A DNA stretch of 63,599 nucleotides, the filler included, from Folioceros fuciformis (taxonomy: Eukaryota): assembly GCA_049999805.1 (NCBI GenBank). It is 7 parts of 7 records of this genome, joined end to end, with 100 filler letters (N's around TTAATTAATTAA, not from the genome) between each part and the next. Parts side by side here need not be neighbours in the genome. Positions count along the whole stretch, not along the records: positions 1 to 29,314 come from JBNGIO010006108.1; 6 more parts are not named here. One strand, written 5' to 3'. A program made the position numbers and the translations under genes. The notes under the pieces were generated by a model. The model was not told the DNA's origin and ran no database searches. It was given only the letters and a program-made list of their open reading frames with translations. Position 1 is the stretch's first letter, and each line of letters starts with the position of its first letter. This document shows, in pieces, positions 13,201-25,980 of the stretch.

Positions 13201-15836
13201 AGGTGACTCAGCCGCAAGCTCTGCAGCCTCCTTGTACTTCATTTGTGAGAACAACTCTTGAAACCGTTGCACAACCTGGGGAGAAGGAACATCAGTTTCA
13301 CATCGGCGCATGTATAACTAAACCCACCTATCTAGGATCACAGGAAAGAAAAGTGCGTGCAATAGAGCAAAAAAAAGGAAAACCGGCTGCCAAATACCAG
13401 ATTTTCAGCTCCGGGTAAATTCCCTCGCTTGGCTAAGTTAACAGCAAGCTCCAAGTTGTTCAGCTGTACCACAGAAGATGGCAAGGCATCAAAATCAAAC
13501 AAAAAGTACAACAGACCCAACGTTACAATGAGCAGTCTAACATTAACTGATTCCATATTACCTGTCCACTGACGAAAGGCACAATGGTCGACTCATTCAA
13601 AGTGGCCTGCAATACTTGCCCTCGCCGATTGACAGCATAAAAACCACCCAATGATGGGGCATCAGCTGTGAGGAAAATAGGATCAGGGCTGATGCGATTT
13701 CGGTACACTGCAGTTGCAGTTTCCAGATCATACACGAACAGAAGGCCAAGCTTCGTGATCACGTAGATCAAGCTGTACTTCTGGGAAATCTGCTCAATTC
13801 AGTCACACATATTTGTCAGACACATGTTGCATACACTGATAATCCACGCTCACGCATCAGAAATCTAGACCTTGGAACCATTCTGAGCCACTTACACCCA
13901 CACAATGGCATCCAAGGTTGACACACAATGCAACAACTACAACCAAAAACTAGTAAGGGACGATTGGCCAAAGGACTAGTGCCAAACCTGCATTGCAACC
14001 GGGAAATCATCTGCAAAGTCAGGGGGAAAGAAGAGATCTGCCTGCTTCTTAGAGAACGAAGGTTTCCCTGCACACATCCATCACAAGATGCAGGTTTGCT
14101 TCAAAGAGCCAGCCAAATGAGAATGGACACCAACAATCATCAACATCGCACCGCAACCTCAACAAACTTTCAGAATCCCACCTGGTGCAGCACCCAGCTC
14201 AATGATGTGCAACTTCGATGTCAACTGTCCACCATTGATAGTCTTTGTTGCAAAGGAGATCAGAATCGATGGCGTATCATTCCCAGGAACCTGAAACAAA
14301 GGATGACAGCGAGTGATGAGCTGCTCAGCTGGAAAACAGCAGACCCCTATGCAAGCCGGCAAATCTCTCAACACAATCAAGCAACTTGTAATTGCTTCTA
14401 GACCTGCACCTTTCATTCAAGCCTTTTGATTGCTTCTGAGACCTGCAACTTTTCATTCAAGCTACCCAGATCCTACCTTGAAAGTAGATAAAGCTGCAGC
14501 ATGTGAACAGCTGGTAAACTCCAGACACCAAAAGAAGCTGGGAAATCTCTAGACATGCTTAAGCATCATACGATTGGTTCTAAAACCCGAACGGTTCATT
14601 CATCCCACGTAGATCTTACCTTGAAAGTGGAGAATGATGCAGCATGAGCCTCCAGTGCTTGGCTCCTTTGCTGGTCAACAGAATAGAGCTGCATATTCCC
14701 CTTTACTAACTGGGGTCGCTGTGGAAAACAAAAAAAAGGACGTTGGAAATTCGGGATTACGACAATGTGTCTCTCAACGAAACCAGACAATAAGCACCGC
14801 AAACCTCGGGGGCTCCTGGAGCAATGCCGATAAGCACTAGCCACTTCTCAGTAGGGTCACAGCGATAGTTGATTATTTGATTGTTAGTCAAGTTGGCAGT
14901 CCGCTCAAACACTCGGACCGGCTCGGACTCCCCTGTTCAACACACCAAAAAAACACACATATCAGTCATCTGATATCTAAAACCAACAATCTTTGAAACG
15001 CTTAGACAAAGGACAGTTGCAGAGAAGTGGTTAGAAATTAGAAGACCTTCAATGCTCCAGTGATATACAGAACCCTGCGTGACAAGTCCCAGCAGCTTGG
15101 GTGTGATCCACTTCCAGAACACCACCTGCACGGACGGAGAGATCCAACCTTCAAACACCCCTCTTCTGCTCGGCGACCACTACCGACTCAACAAAGACTG
15201 CTCGGCACAGCTGGCTGCTGCATCCAACAGGCGGCGAAACAAACCTGCTCAGGCATCTGAAACGACTTTATCTTGGTCTTCAACTCAATGTTAAAAATTT
15301 GCAGGTGGTCCTGAGTGGTCCCAGCGATTTGGGCTGAAAAGGGAGACAAGAAACAACAAACCCATGACTGCCACCGAAACGAAATGCCCCGGTCCCAAAC
15401 GAGCACGAAAAAATATCTCACATTCCCCCATTCACAGTACCTTTCAAAGCCAGCACTCGGCTGGTGGGGTTCATCAACGCGGAATCTGCGGTGATCGGTC
15501 GACGCAGCGGCTGGGAAGGCATGGACATGTCGATGATAACCACGCTGTTCTGAGCGCCAGTCTCTCGAACGCAGATATACTTGTCAGACTCCATGGTGAC
15601 ATGCGTGAATGTTATGAACTGAGGGTTTATCCCCAGGCTCGTGAGCTGGCAAAAGAGCACAAATCGATCAAGAGGCGGGACAAGAAATCTGTGGGCAGCC
15701 CGGGAGCCAAGATCTCGGCCCCCAGATCTCCCCAAAATTACACCAGTCCACGAACCCTGAAAACCACAAGGCTCTGAATCCGCGTGCTCACAGTCAGGGC
15801 CTCCTTCATGGCGATGGGCGCGTTGGCGGCCGCCAT
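7211..15836 (-). CDS. CHC: Clathrin heavy chain (many exons; one assembly gap in an intron)
   Basis: Start [77 protein letters not shown]; Pro/Gly/Met-rich C-terminus ending PPMGGY*. Confidence 0.98.
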
Positions 15837-17249
15837 GATGACCAGCCGCGATCACGAGCCGCACTGAATGCCCGCCCTCCCCGGACTTTCGTCCGTCCCA
15901 GCTACCGCAAGGGACGAGGCTCTACAGGCCCGCCCCGCGCATCCTCTCCGTCCCAGCAAATGCCACTGCGCCGATCCAGGTCTCGCCCTGCAGCGCAGCA
16001 GCAGCAGCCAGGCACGGCCCACCTCGGTCAGATCTGCGGGCCTGGAAGCAACCACAATGGCAGGAAGGAGCAGCAGCAGCAGTAGCCCTTCCCCCGCAGC
16101 CCGCTAGCTTCCACGCGGGAGCTGCGGAAGAGCCCGGATCGACTCCCCGCAGCTCGTCGTGCGGGCAAAGAGGAAATCGAGGCTGTCTGTAGGAGATCAG
16201 GTGCAGCAGGGGAAGCGGGCACTAACCGATTCGGCAGCGTGGCGTAACAGCAGCGTAAGCCTTGGCAGCGTTGCAAGGTAAGCCCTTACAGTGCACGACG
16301 AGGCAAAGCGAGGCGAGGCGAGCAAGCCCGCACATACACTTCCGGCTCGCGTGCCAGGCGTCCAGAGATAAAAACGAACGGAAGGAGAAGTGGCATTCCA
16401 GCGTCGCGCCCTCACCGGGAACTCTCCCCACCCTCGGCCCAAGCCAGCTTCGGTACTCCAGCTCCGGCATCTCACAACAACAATGTTACAACACATCATT
16501 ATACTCTCTCTACGAGCCTTTTCTCCCACACCTCATCCAGCGCACACTAACTCCTCTCTTCACCAACAGCAAAACAAAGTCCACCTAATTAAACTAGGTT
16601 CCTCCGCACTTTTAACTGGTAGTGTTTACTAAACAAAGAGATAGGATATCAAATCTATTTCAAGTCGAAGAAGAATAATCAAAAGAACACTTAATAGTCA
16701 ATAGCGGGTTAGCTTCCTCCAATATCCTTGGGAAGGAGTAAGGCTTGGAAAGGGTCAAGGATCGCTAGAAAACAAGCCCCTCAAAAATCTTTGATGAAAA
16801 ATGAAATATAATAACACAAACTTGCTTAAGAAAAAAAACCATGCCTTATAGTCTTTAGGGACACATGCAAAGGGAATATACCCTCTTCAATACCAGGGAC
16901 AAAAGATTTCAGCATATGATAATACCTCATAACAAAGTAGGAAACAAATATTATTTTAGAAAAACAAAAGGGCCAAGTTTCTTAAAAATGTTGATGAAGA
17001 TTGGAGAGTATGTAAAACGTATTGTATAAAACCATAATGTAAGGACGACTGGACAACTAAAACTCATTCTAGTTCATGAGAAGGCTAGTTCCTCAATGGG
17101 AACAACATGTGAAGTATTTCATAAAGGCAGAAAAACAAGATGGGAAAACCCACAATGATAGGGACACTAGGGGCTAACTCTTTGAAGCCTAATGACTACT
17201 AACAACACCTAAAACATCATGGTCTGGGAGGAGAAAGGATCTACGTACC

Positions 17250-17720
17250 ATTGAAGTTGCCACCTACCTCTCTTGCCAACATTGTTGTCCTGGCATTAAC
17301 CAACACTCATTGTGGAGCAATGGAAATACTCTCCAAAAAAACACTACGAGAGGAAGATCAAGCCCATTTTTCCAATCCCAACCAAAAAAACGCATGAAAT
17401 GACAAGACCAAGTCCATTTTTCCAGTTGTAAACCGTCTTAGCGCAAGACTTCAAAAACTTGGAAAATGCCTTGCACATGGCCTTGTGGGTCTCAATGGCA
17501 AGGGGGATAAAGGTGTGTCTAGCTTGTAGAGGGGTGTAATTGTGAACCTTGGTCGATGCACTCCCTTCTACCACCCAAGAGAGTTGGAGGACAACATTCT
17601 TATAGACCATAATCCATGTGGGGTCAATTATGACCATGTCAACAATAAAAACTTGTTGATCTCCTTGGATGAGGAAAAGGTCAACCCGAAGACAAACTGT
17701 CATGAAAGACAAGCAGCACA
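17250..17720 (-). mobile_element. CRE-like (RLE-encoding) non-LTR retrotransposon relic: restriction-like endonuclease and C-terminus
   Basis: LRVDL...IVDMVIIDP...STKVHNY...FIPLAIETH..FSKFL matches the R-x-D...D...K..Y...F-P-x-x-E RLE pattern. A degenerate ESISIAPQ terminal motif follows. Confidence 0.7.
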
Positions 17721-19071
17721 AGGTGGAACATACTCGGGACAGTCCCAGCGATCAATATACTCAAGACAGTCCCCAATTCTGCCATACTCGAGAGTGTCCC
17801 ACCTACAATTGAGTGGTGGACGACTCGAGCTAAGGAAGAGTGTTTACTGAATAAAAGGAGCATATGGACACAATATTCTAGTATGGATATTTGCAAAATA
17901 TGCTAGTATAGAAATTCTCTATTTTGAGGACATAAGTGATTAGCTCATTATCAGCCAAGTAGACATGCTAAATAAGCATGTTAGTTGCAAACCGTAAGTT
18001 AGAGGACGAGTTGACCAAACCCCGCTGCAGGCTAGTTAGGTACAGCTGCAAAAGCGTGGGAGAAGGGCGCCAGGGATAGATGCGTTGCAAAATGATGGAA
18101 ATGGCAGGGCGCAAATGTGGCTGAGAGGTGTGCAAATGTGGCTGGAAGGCGCGCATGAAGATGGCTTCGCACTGAAGCAAAGATAAGTGGACGATTACGG
18201 CTTTTACAAGCAGTTGTTAAAGTAGCGCCTAAGAGCATTGCACATAGGGGACTAATCCCAAGATCCTTCTTGTTGAAAATGCAATCTGGAATGCAATCTT
18301 GAATGGAAGCTTAGATTCAAAGCATGTTTTTGAGCGACGGGATGTTGTGTGCAGGTGTTGGTGTGATTTTCCAACTCGTAATCACGCAAACTGCGTGATC
18401 CTCTTCAATGCTGGAGAGCATGCTGCAAGCAATGCTGTTCACTTGTTCACTTCATCAACTACTGTCAATCTGGAGCATGGCATGCAAGAGCTAGGGGCGA
18501 TTTAGATTGGTGGAGGCTGGCTGGCTAGGCAACTACAGCAAGGCGGCATCACCAACACACCCTATCGTGCTAGCAGCAGCAACAGTATTCCACTTGTAGC
18601 AAGCTATCCCATCCTTCTAGAGCTCATAGCATCCGCCACAGAGGTTGGTTGCCTTTGATTCACATACCAAATTATTTGCCTCATTGAGACAAATCTATTG
18701 GTATAACTTTTGTTCAATTTTGAGTGAGATCCAGGAACTGAATGCCTTTGAGGATTCGGTCATCTAGGGTTTTAGTGGGGGAATGTTGGCTATTTGCAGC
18801 CAACGCCCCTCTTGTTGCAGCATAGGGGCTAGGACTCTTATGGACACTGGCACTTCAGGTCTTTCACTACATGTAGCCTAGCTCTTAGCTTAGCTTTTAG
18901 ACTTGCTCCCTACAGGTCCTTTTTGTAGCTGTAACTTTGACATTTCACAGTTTTGAACTTGTCTGGTTTTTTGGCTTTAGCAGCAAGCCTGACTGTAGTG
19001 CTAGCTTGCCTTCTTTTCCCCCCTGAACAAAGGACTCATATTTTGCTACAATTGTGGTGGGACAGATGGAG

Positions 19072-19285
19072 TATACTGGGGACAGTCCCAATCTTGGTCT
19101 TAGCCATACTCGCGACAGTCCCAGTCTTGGTCTTGGCCATACTTGGGACACTCCCAGTCTTAGTCTTGGCCATACTCGGGATAGTCCCGGTCTTGGTCTT
19201 GGCCATACTCGGGATAGTCCCGGTCTTGGTCTTGGCCATACTCGGGATAGTCCCGGTCTTGGTCTTGGCCATACTCGGAACAGTC
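19072..19285. repeat. 33-bp minisatellite, about 6.5 copies (CATACTCGGGATAGTCCCGGTCTTGGTCTTGGC)
   Basis: Direct tandem repeat; the three copies at 19171-19269 are identical. Confidence 0.95.
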
Positions 19286-19329
19286 TCACCCCCGGCATAG
19301 TAGTCTATTTGGAGCACCACCATGCCCAA

Positions 19330-20020
19330 CAGAGCTTTGTTGCACGTCGCACGACAAAACACCATTAAGTAGTATGAGTGCTGCTTGAGGGCAAAAAGGC
19401 AAGCTCCTTGGCCAAGAAAGACATGACATCTTGTACTACATCATACGTAGCAATCTTGAGACCTCCAATCGGGCAACGGGCAAGATGAGTACCAAAGTTG
19501 TGTAGAGGCGCCCCGCAACTGCAAGAGGAGAGAGAGTAGGCCAAAGGTTGGACCAAACCAAGGTGAAACCTCATTGTACTAGAGAATGTGGTTAATGCAA
19601 TTTGGAAAGCTTGGATGCTAGGTCGAACTAGGACCCTACGCCCTTTTCGAGCACGAACAAAGTGGCGCTCGAATGGGCCTGGGGTTAGAAGAATCTTAAA
19701 GAAGATTAAGGTGCATTTACGTGTATTCTTTCTCGAGATGAAAATTAAGGCATAGCCATCCTAGCTATAGATGAAAGAGAATCTCTTGTTGATCTTAGGG
19801 ACATTGGCAATCCTAGCTATAGATGAAAGAGAATCTCTTGTTGATCTTAGGGACATTGGCAAAGGGAGGGCACCCTCCTTAACACTACGGACAAAAAATT
19901 CCAAAATAGAGGCATTACAAATAAAAAAATGAGATGCTAATATAAAAAAAGAGCTGAAAGGCCCAACACCTTGATGCCAATATTTCCTTTGCTGCAAACC
20001 AATACCTTCAGGCACATTAT
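19330..20020 (-). mobile_element. CRE-like non-LTR retrotransposon relic: thumb and CCHC zinc-knuckle segment
   Basis: MRFHLGL...CSCG...GTHLARCPIGG...TYDVVQDVMSFLAKE (CxC-H-C knuckle typical of R2/CRE-group elements); EGIGL motif upstream. Confidence 0.6.
19758..19862. repeat. Perfect tandem duplication of about 52 bp
   Basis: ATCCTAGCTATAGATGAAAGAGAATCTCTTGTTGATCTTAGGGACATTGGCA occurs twice head-to-tail. Confidence 0.9.
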
Positions 20021-21456
20021 CATGTTCAATTCAATTCATATATATTTAAATCTTTTTATTAGTTTATAATTAGGTAGTTTGGATCAGTAAATTAAATTAT
20101 TATATTAATTATAAGATTTTGTAGAATGGTAGATATGTTATTTACATTAATCATCATTATAAATGTATGAAACTTCAATATGGTTAAGTTAGTATTCGAC
20201 CACCCAACAGTGGCCGTGAAGGAGCTTAAATGTCAAGAGCTCTTAATGGCTTAGGCTAAATGGACACAAGTGCATCCTACGTTCTAGGATTGAGCATCCT
20301 TGCTTGCATCAGTTCCTAGATGTGCTCAAATCTATACTTAGATGAAGTGCTTAGATGCCCTCAAACAATACTTAGATGGCTTGCTCGGATGGCTACTTGG
20401 ATAGGGTGCGTATTGGGAAGGATGACAAGATGCCTTGAGGAGCAAGTAGCTAGGAGGAGCTTGAACCTCTTGAAGGGTTCTCTTAGTTGTGAACACACCT
20501 CNNNNNNNNNNAACCTCTTGAAGGGTTCTCTTAGTTGTGAACACACCTCAGCCAAGGATGTTGAAGCGATGGATTCATGGATACTCGCTTGGAACTGAAT
20601 CCAGAGGTAAGTTCATTAAAAAATCGTAACGGTCGGCGGAGGCAGCAAAATGAATCGTCTCCACAATTCGCAATCGAAATGAAACATGTTAACGAACGAA
20701 AGGCTAATCGGTTGCGGAAGTCATGGAGGACGTGCGGACATCAAATATATGTACTGTATGTGGAGGGCTAAGAGAGTAGGCAGCTAATATGGAGTGACGG
20801 CAGGTTAAGGATAAGATGTGGGATCGTGAGAGACACAGGAGGTTTCTGCCGTGCTGTTTGTTAGAGGGTGAAACTCGCCGCGTCTCATGATTAGCAGGCC
20901 GACAGCAGCGGGGAGAAGTGTGAGGACTGTGTTTTCAGCCTGGGTGATGCTAGCTACAGCAATTCCCTCCCCCTCAGCTAAATTCCAGAATTCTGGATCC
21001 TCACTGTCTGCTTTTCCGAGCAGCAGTAGCAGGGACTGACACGATTCTGCTGGTAGAGATGTAATCGATTGTGGAGGGCGCGATCTGAGGCAGAAAGGTC
21101 TCCAGTGTTTCTCACGGAGGTCTAGCCCGGCCCGGTCCGGTCCGGTCCATTCCAGTCCAGTCCGGTATACTGCACTCCTGTTGTTGGTGGAGCTGTGCAG
21201 TGCTGTGCCCTCGCTGCGTGCGTGCATGCAGTGGTGGAGGCTGTGAATTCTGCTTGAGGAGGGACACAGGCGGCGTGGTTTGTTTTCTTCCGTTCGTTGG
21301 TCGGATCTGAGCTGGTAGCTTGTCAGCTGGTTGGTGCAATGCCAATCCCGGATTTCGGAGCAGTTGATATTAGGGCTCCTCGGGGCGTCTGATTTTGTCG
21401 GTCCGGGAGGATTGCAGGAAAATTCTGGTGTGGTTGCTTACGCAATTCTGCTCGAC

Positions 21457-24247
21457 ATGGGGTACGTGAACATACCGGACGAAATCAAGCCAGGGCGGAA
21501 CCAGGTGGTGATGGAATTCGACCGCGCTGAGCTTGCGCATGTAATATCTGTATTGCAGACGGTGCTCAAGGAGCTTTCTGTGCCGAACATGAAGCCGCAG
21601 CAGCAGAATCTTCAAATCACTGCTTCTTCTTCGCATTCTGGCGATGCTTGGCTGGCCTCTCCCTCTCCCCGGTCTCGATCTCAGGAGTCGATTTTTGGTG
21701 CAAGTCCTCACTTGCTTCCTCTGGAATCTTCTCTATTTTCTGGTCCATTCCCTTCGTCGGGGAGACCAGTTAGGGAGGGGCCTTCTACTGCACTAGGTAT
21801 GGGGTCACCTTTAGGGGCTGGATTGCAGCAGCGACTCGGAATGGAGATGGAACTCGATCTAGGGCTCATTGGTTCTGGTGATAGGGGGAGTCGTTCTGCT
21901 TTGGCCAACACACTACCTGCCTCAATTGCTTCTGTCAGCCTTACACCTTTAGCTCCACCTAGGCCTGGTGAATCAAGGCCTGTGAAACCTCTGCCACCTA
22001 TAGCTCCTCCAGTTCCTGCTGCAGCACTCACCTACTCCGGTGCACAGCAGCCACCGCCGTGGTCCCCAACAAGCTCTCAGGCATTCAGCATAGCTGGTCC
22101 TGCTCAGATCCAGAATGTGGGATCTTCTCCTGGTCCTTCGCAGGCTCAAGTGCAAGCAGGAGGTCCAACTGGACTGTCCCAAGCCAAGGTGCCCCGGATT
22201 CAGATCTCGGCAGGCCAGGCCATTGCGACAGTCAAACGTGGAAAAGCCACTTCGCCAGGTTCTTCCCAGGTGTTTCCGGTTACTCACGGGCAATCAGAGC
22301 TTAGCCTGAGGCCACCTGAAGCGGGTCAGTCAAGAAGTTATGCTGGAACACAAGCAGGATTTTTGCCCTTGAGACAGGGCCCACTCCAAGTACCTACGGT
22401 CTCATCCCCTGGCTGGCCTAGCAATGAGGTCAATGGAAATGGTGGAGTGGAGCAACTGAGAAGGGGTCAATGGGGTAACGCCTCTGATGATGCCAATGTA
22501 CTGAGCAGTCTCGCAGGAAATATTGATAAGATGAACATTGGCCAAGGTGGGGGCTCTCAATTTAGACCACCAGTTGCGCTTGGTCCAATGAGTGCAAACG
22601 GCAACACAGCAAGGGGGCTTTCTGGGCCCCATCCCAGTATGCAATCTCCAAATTTGCAAGCGCAAGGCTCGTCAGGGGCTCCAGGGAATCTCAACCATAT
22701 GCAGTCCCCTGGCTTGGGTGGTCCTTTTCCACCTGTATTTGCTCCTCCTGAATCGAAATTCAGTAAGGGTGGCTTAGTAAGAGTGCCCATTGAATCCACT
22801 TTGTGGAAGGGTCGGTGGACAACAGCAGCTCTTGAGCATAATCGTGAAAGTGTGATAAACCTTATGTACTCTGCTTCCTTTGAGGGTTTATTAGAGCGAG
22901 ACTCACATACTGGCTGGTTGGTGAGCTCTTCAAAGAATTTGATCAACCTGTGGGAGTGCATGGCACAGAAGAAGGGCACGGAGTCCCCACTACAGGTATT
23001 TTCTCCAATGGTTAGGGATGTAGTTGACCCTAAGGTTGTGACGTTGTTTCTTTCTTCCGTCTGCCCCTGCCCTGCATCGGTATGGTTGAGTCTGTAGATG
23101 TACTGTATGCGTCCACTGTGCAGCGGATGTCTATAACTGCAAATCGCTGACGGCTGCAGTGATGTGTTGGCTTGACATTCCTACCTGTTGTCTACTTATC
23201 TATGATATTCGAAGAGGAGATTGTCCACACAGGCCAGCTAATAAGGCTACCTTGGTGTGCAGTTAAGCCACTCACAGGCAACTGAGTTCGTCATGGAGAG
23301 CATGGATATTGATCGTCTTTCTAATGTGATGATATCCATTGGTCCTAACCCTCGAGAAGCTGGATTTTGCATTCCCATTCACAGCTTACGTGGGGAGACA
23401 TTCTTTTCTTACAGTGTGCGTTAAACGTGCTCTCTTTGTTTTCCTTCAGTGATCCATGAGGAAACGGGTCTTTGGTGGTTTGTGGTTCATAGTTATGCAC
23501 CTGATTTTGTGGTCCTTTTGTTACCAGGGCACGATCCGGGTACCTGATAACGCCGGCATCAGCGCTCTCAGAAAACAGGCTTCCAACCCTGGGTACTTGC
23601 ATGTCATATCGCTCAGCGCTGCAGGTGGTCCTCTGCGGACTTCCTTAGCCGCAGCTGTTGGAGTAGATGTGCTGGTTTATGATCTCTCGGCGGTGACAGC
23701 CAGCAACTCCCCATTATCACCTCCTCCTCCTCCGAAGGCATACTGGAGAGCTCATGATGCTCCAATATCAGCCATACACCGCAGCTCTTTTGCCTGTGCT
23801 CTAGTGACAGGTGCTGCAGATGGAAGTATCCGATTGTGGGACATGAAATCGAAACCTACTGCTCCTGCACGTCACTTCCAGCAACAGAAGCAAATTACAG
23901 GCTTATCGGTACTTGATCAGGTGACTGTGACTTCGTGCAGCGGAGATGGACTTGTTCAACTGTGGGATTTAAGGCAAACAAGCGGTGCCTTGCTCACCAT
24001 CAATCCTGATGGACGACCTGTGGTAAACATGAGTGCCAATCCGGGCACGGAAACAGTTGCCCTGACTACTCGAAAGGGTTTATATTGCTGGGAACTGTCT
24101 AAAGTGCCGGGAGGTAGCTCTTTGTTATCCCCTTTCACTCCGCTCCCCCCTGCGGGCCCGTGCACAGCTATGAAATGGAACGAAGATTTGATGGAGGTTT
24201 ATGTTGCAAGTGTGGATGGCACAATCAGCGTCTTCGCCAAAGTGTAA
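21457..24247 (+). CDS. WD40-repeat protein with a long Pro/Ser/Gly-rich disordered region (3 exons)
   Basis: Exons about 21457-22995, 23263-23415 and 23528-24247 join in frame. WD motifs AHDAPISAI...LVTGAADGSIRLWD, SCSGDGLVQLWD, VASVDGTISVF. Confidence 0.8.
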
Positions 24248-25499
24248 GGACCAAGGCATATTTGTGGGTCGAGTACCCATGTTTCATCATGTATTGGACT
24301 GATTGGGTCAGCTGATTAGATCCCTTACAACCTTATCTTTCATCTTTCCCTGACTAATCTGGGGAACGTTTCGGAGAGAGTTTGTACTAAGGCTTTTTGA
24401 AACCTTCCATCCTCCACCCCGTCCTTGATCAGTGGACATGCAACATTAGAAATTGGATGGATGCGAGTTAATCCACTACTCCATATATTAGTAGGCCTGT
24501 GTAATCCTGGCATTGTGTACGTGAAACTTTCTTCATCATGTACTACACTCCCGCCTACAAGAAGCACCCCAAGAAAAACAAAATGATAGTGGTGTATTAA
24601 GGCAGAGGTTTACAAGGTAGCATGGAAAAAGATGATGGCTGAGTGCATTATCTACACTTTCATAAAATCCTCTTCATTTATGATTCAATCATAACATTCA
24701 AGGTGGATGTGTGATTGTATTGTAGCATGATAATCTTGATCAAAATAAAATATATATTATATGGTTTCAAAATAGGTTAGATTAAGATAAAAAAAACTAA
24801 TATTAAATATTTTTATAAAATTATAATATTAATGTGTTCTTGCACCATACCTTGCTACCTATCCTAGCTCTCAAATCAAAAGATTTTGTATTTTTTTCCC
24901 AACAACAAACTCATGCTTGCACTTTCCCTTGACAACAGCTTTTTTCATGATAGTAAAAGCTTTCTTTGTCTTTGCTGCCACAATTTCTTCTAAGCATACT
25001 TTAACACCACATGCCCACTAGACCTTACTTATGATGTTCTTGTCATATACATTAGGCTTTCCTTCACATGTACATATGCTCCCTCAAATTATGGCCTCAC
25101 ATTGAAAAGACTCATTTCTTCTTTTATTGCTAAACTAGAGATTTATTCATAGATCATGCACTTCATGCTCACTTCTCACTACTTGTGTCACCTGCCATGT
25201 GTTTTCTTATGGTTTCATGTTAATTTGTGTAAGTATTTTTAGGGCCATATTAGTTTACAGAAAGTCCACTATCATGAACACTTCTAACTTTTAGAAGTTC
25301 CAATTTCTTAAGGGTGTGGCCAGCATTAAAGACTAAAATTAAAGTTATTAAAAATATATATTAGAAATGATTATTACTATATTTATTATCAAAAGTGCTG
25401 AAACAATATACAGTACAACCAAAAATAAAAGTATGTGTGCTAATAGATAGTTTTAGATTTCCACTAACAAACAATAGAAAGGCTTTTGTATAAATACTC

Positions 25500-25604
25500 T
25501 TTACAAAAGTGTTATGTAGATAGGACTTACAAAGTAGATGCCACCAAAGCTTTACAAAAGTATTATGTAGATAGGACTTGCAAAATAGATGCCACCAAAG
25601 CTTT
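25500..25604. repeat. 51-bp tandem duplication
   Basis: TTACAAAAGTRTTATGTAGATAGGACTTRCAAARTAGATGCCACCAAAGCT occurs twice. Confidence 0.9.
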
Positions 25605-25980
25605 ACCTTCTTCTGCCTTGTGGGGAGATAAAGCCCACACAACACATTCGAGCCCTCAGTCAGATTAGGCTTCAAACTACAAATTCCAATGACAACAAAA
25701 AAAACAGCAAAGTGATGACGATTTATTTTGTATCCTATACAGTTTAGGTTATTTAGAGTACAGAAGCACCGTCTGCACGGATAACCGGTTTCCATGTCTG
25801 AACCCGATTCCAGTTTCGGGCGGCGTTCTGTTGCCATCTTTCCTTGTGGCATCGTTTCGTACCCAATCCCACGAGAATTTCAAGCCTTTGCAATTATTCC
25901 TGAGGCTTGTTTTGTTGGCACTTTGCACCTCTAAGCATGCAGACGTATTCGGTATGCAGTACGAGCGTTGCCACTAGCCT

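Noticed and set aside
18945-19368. ORFs with 11-aa repeats in four frames; superficially CRISPR-like array
   Set aside because: Translation of a 33-bp minisatellite; no unique spacers, and the context is eukaryotic.
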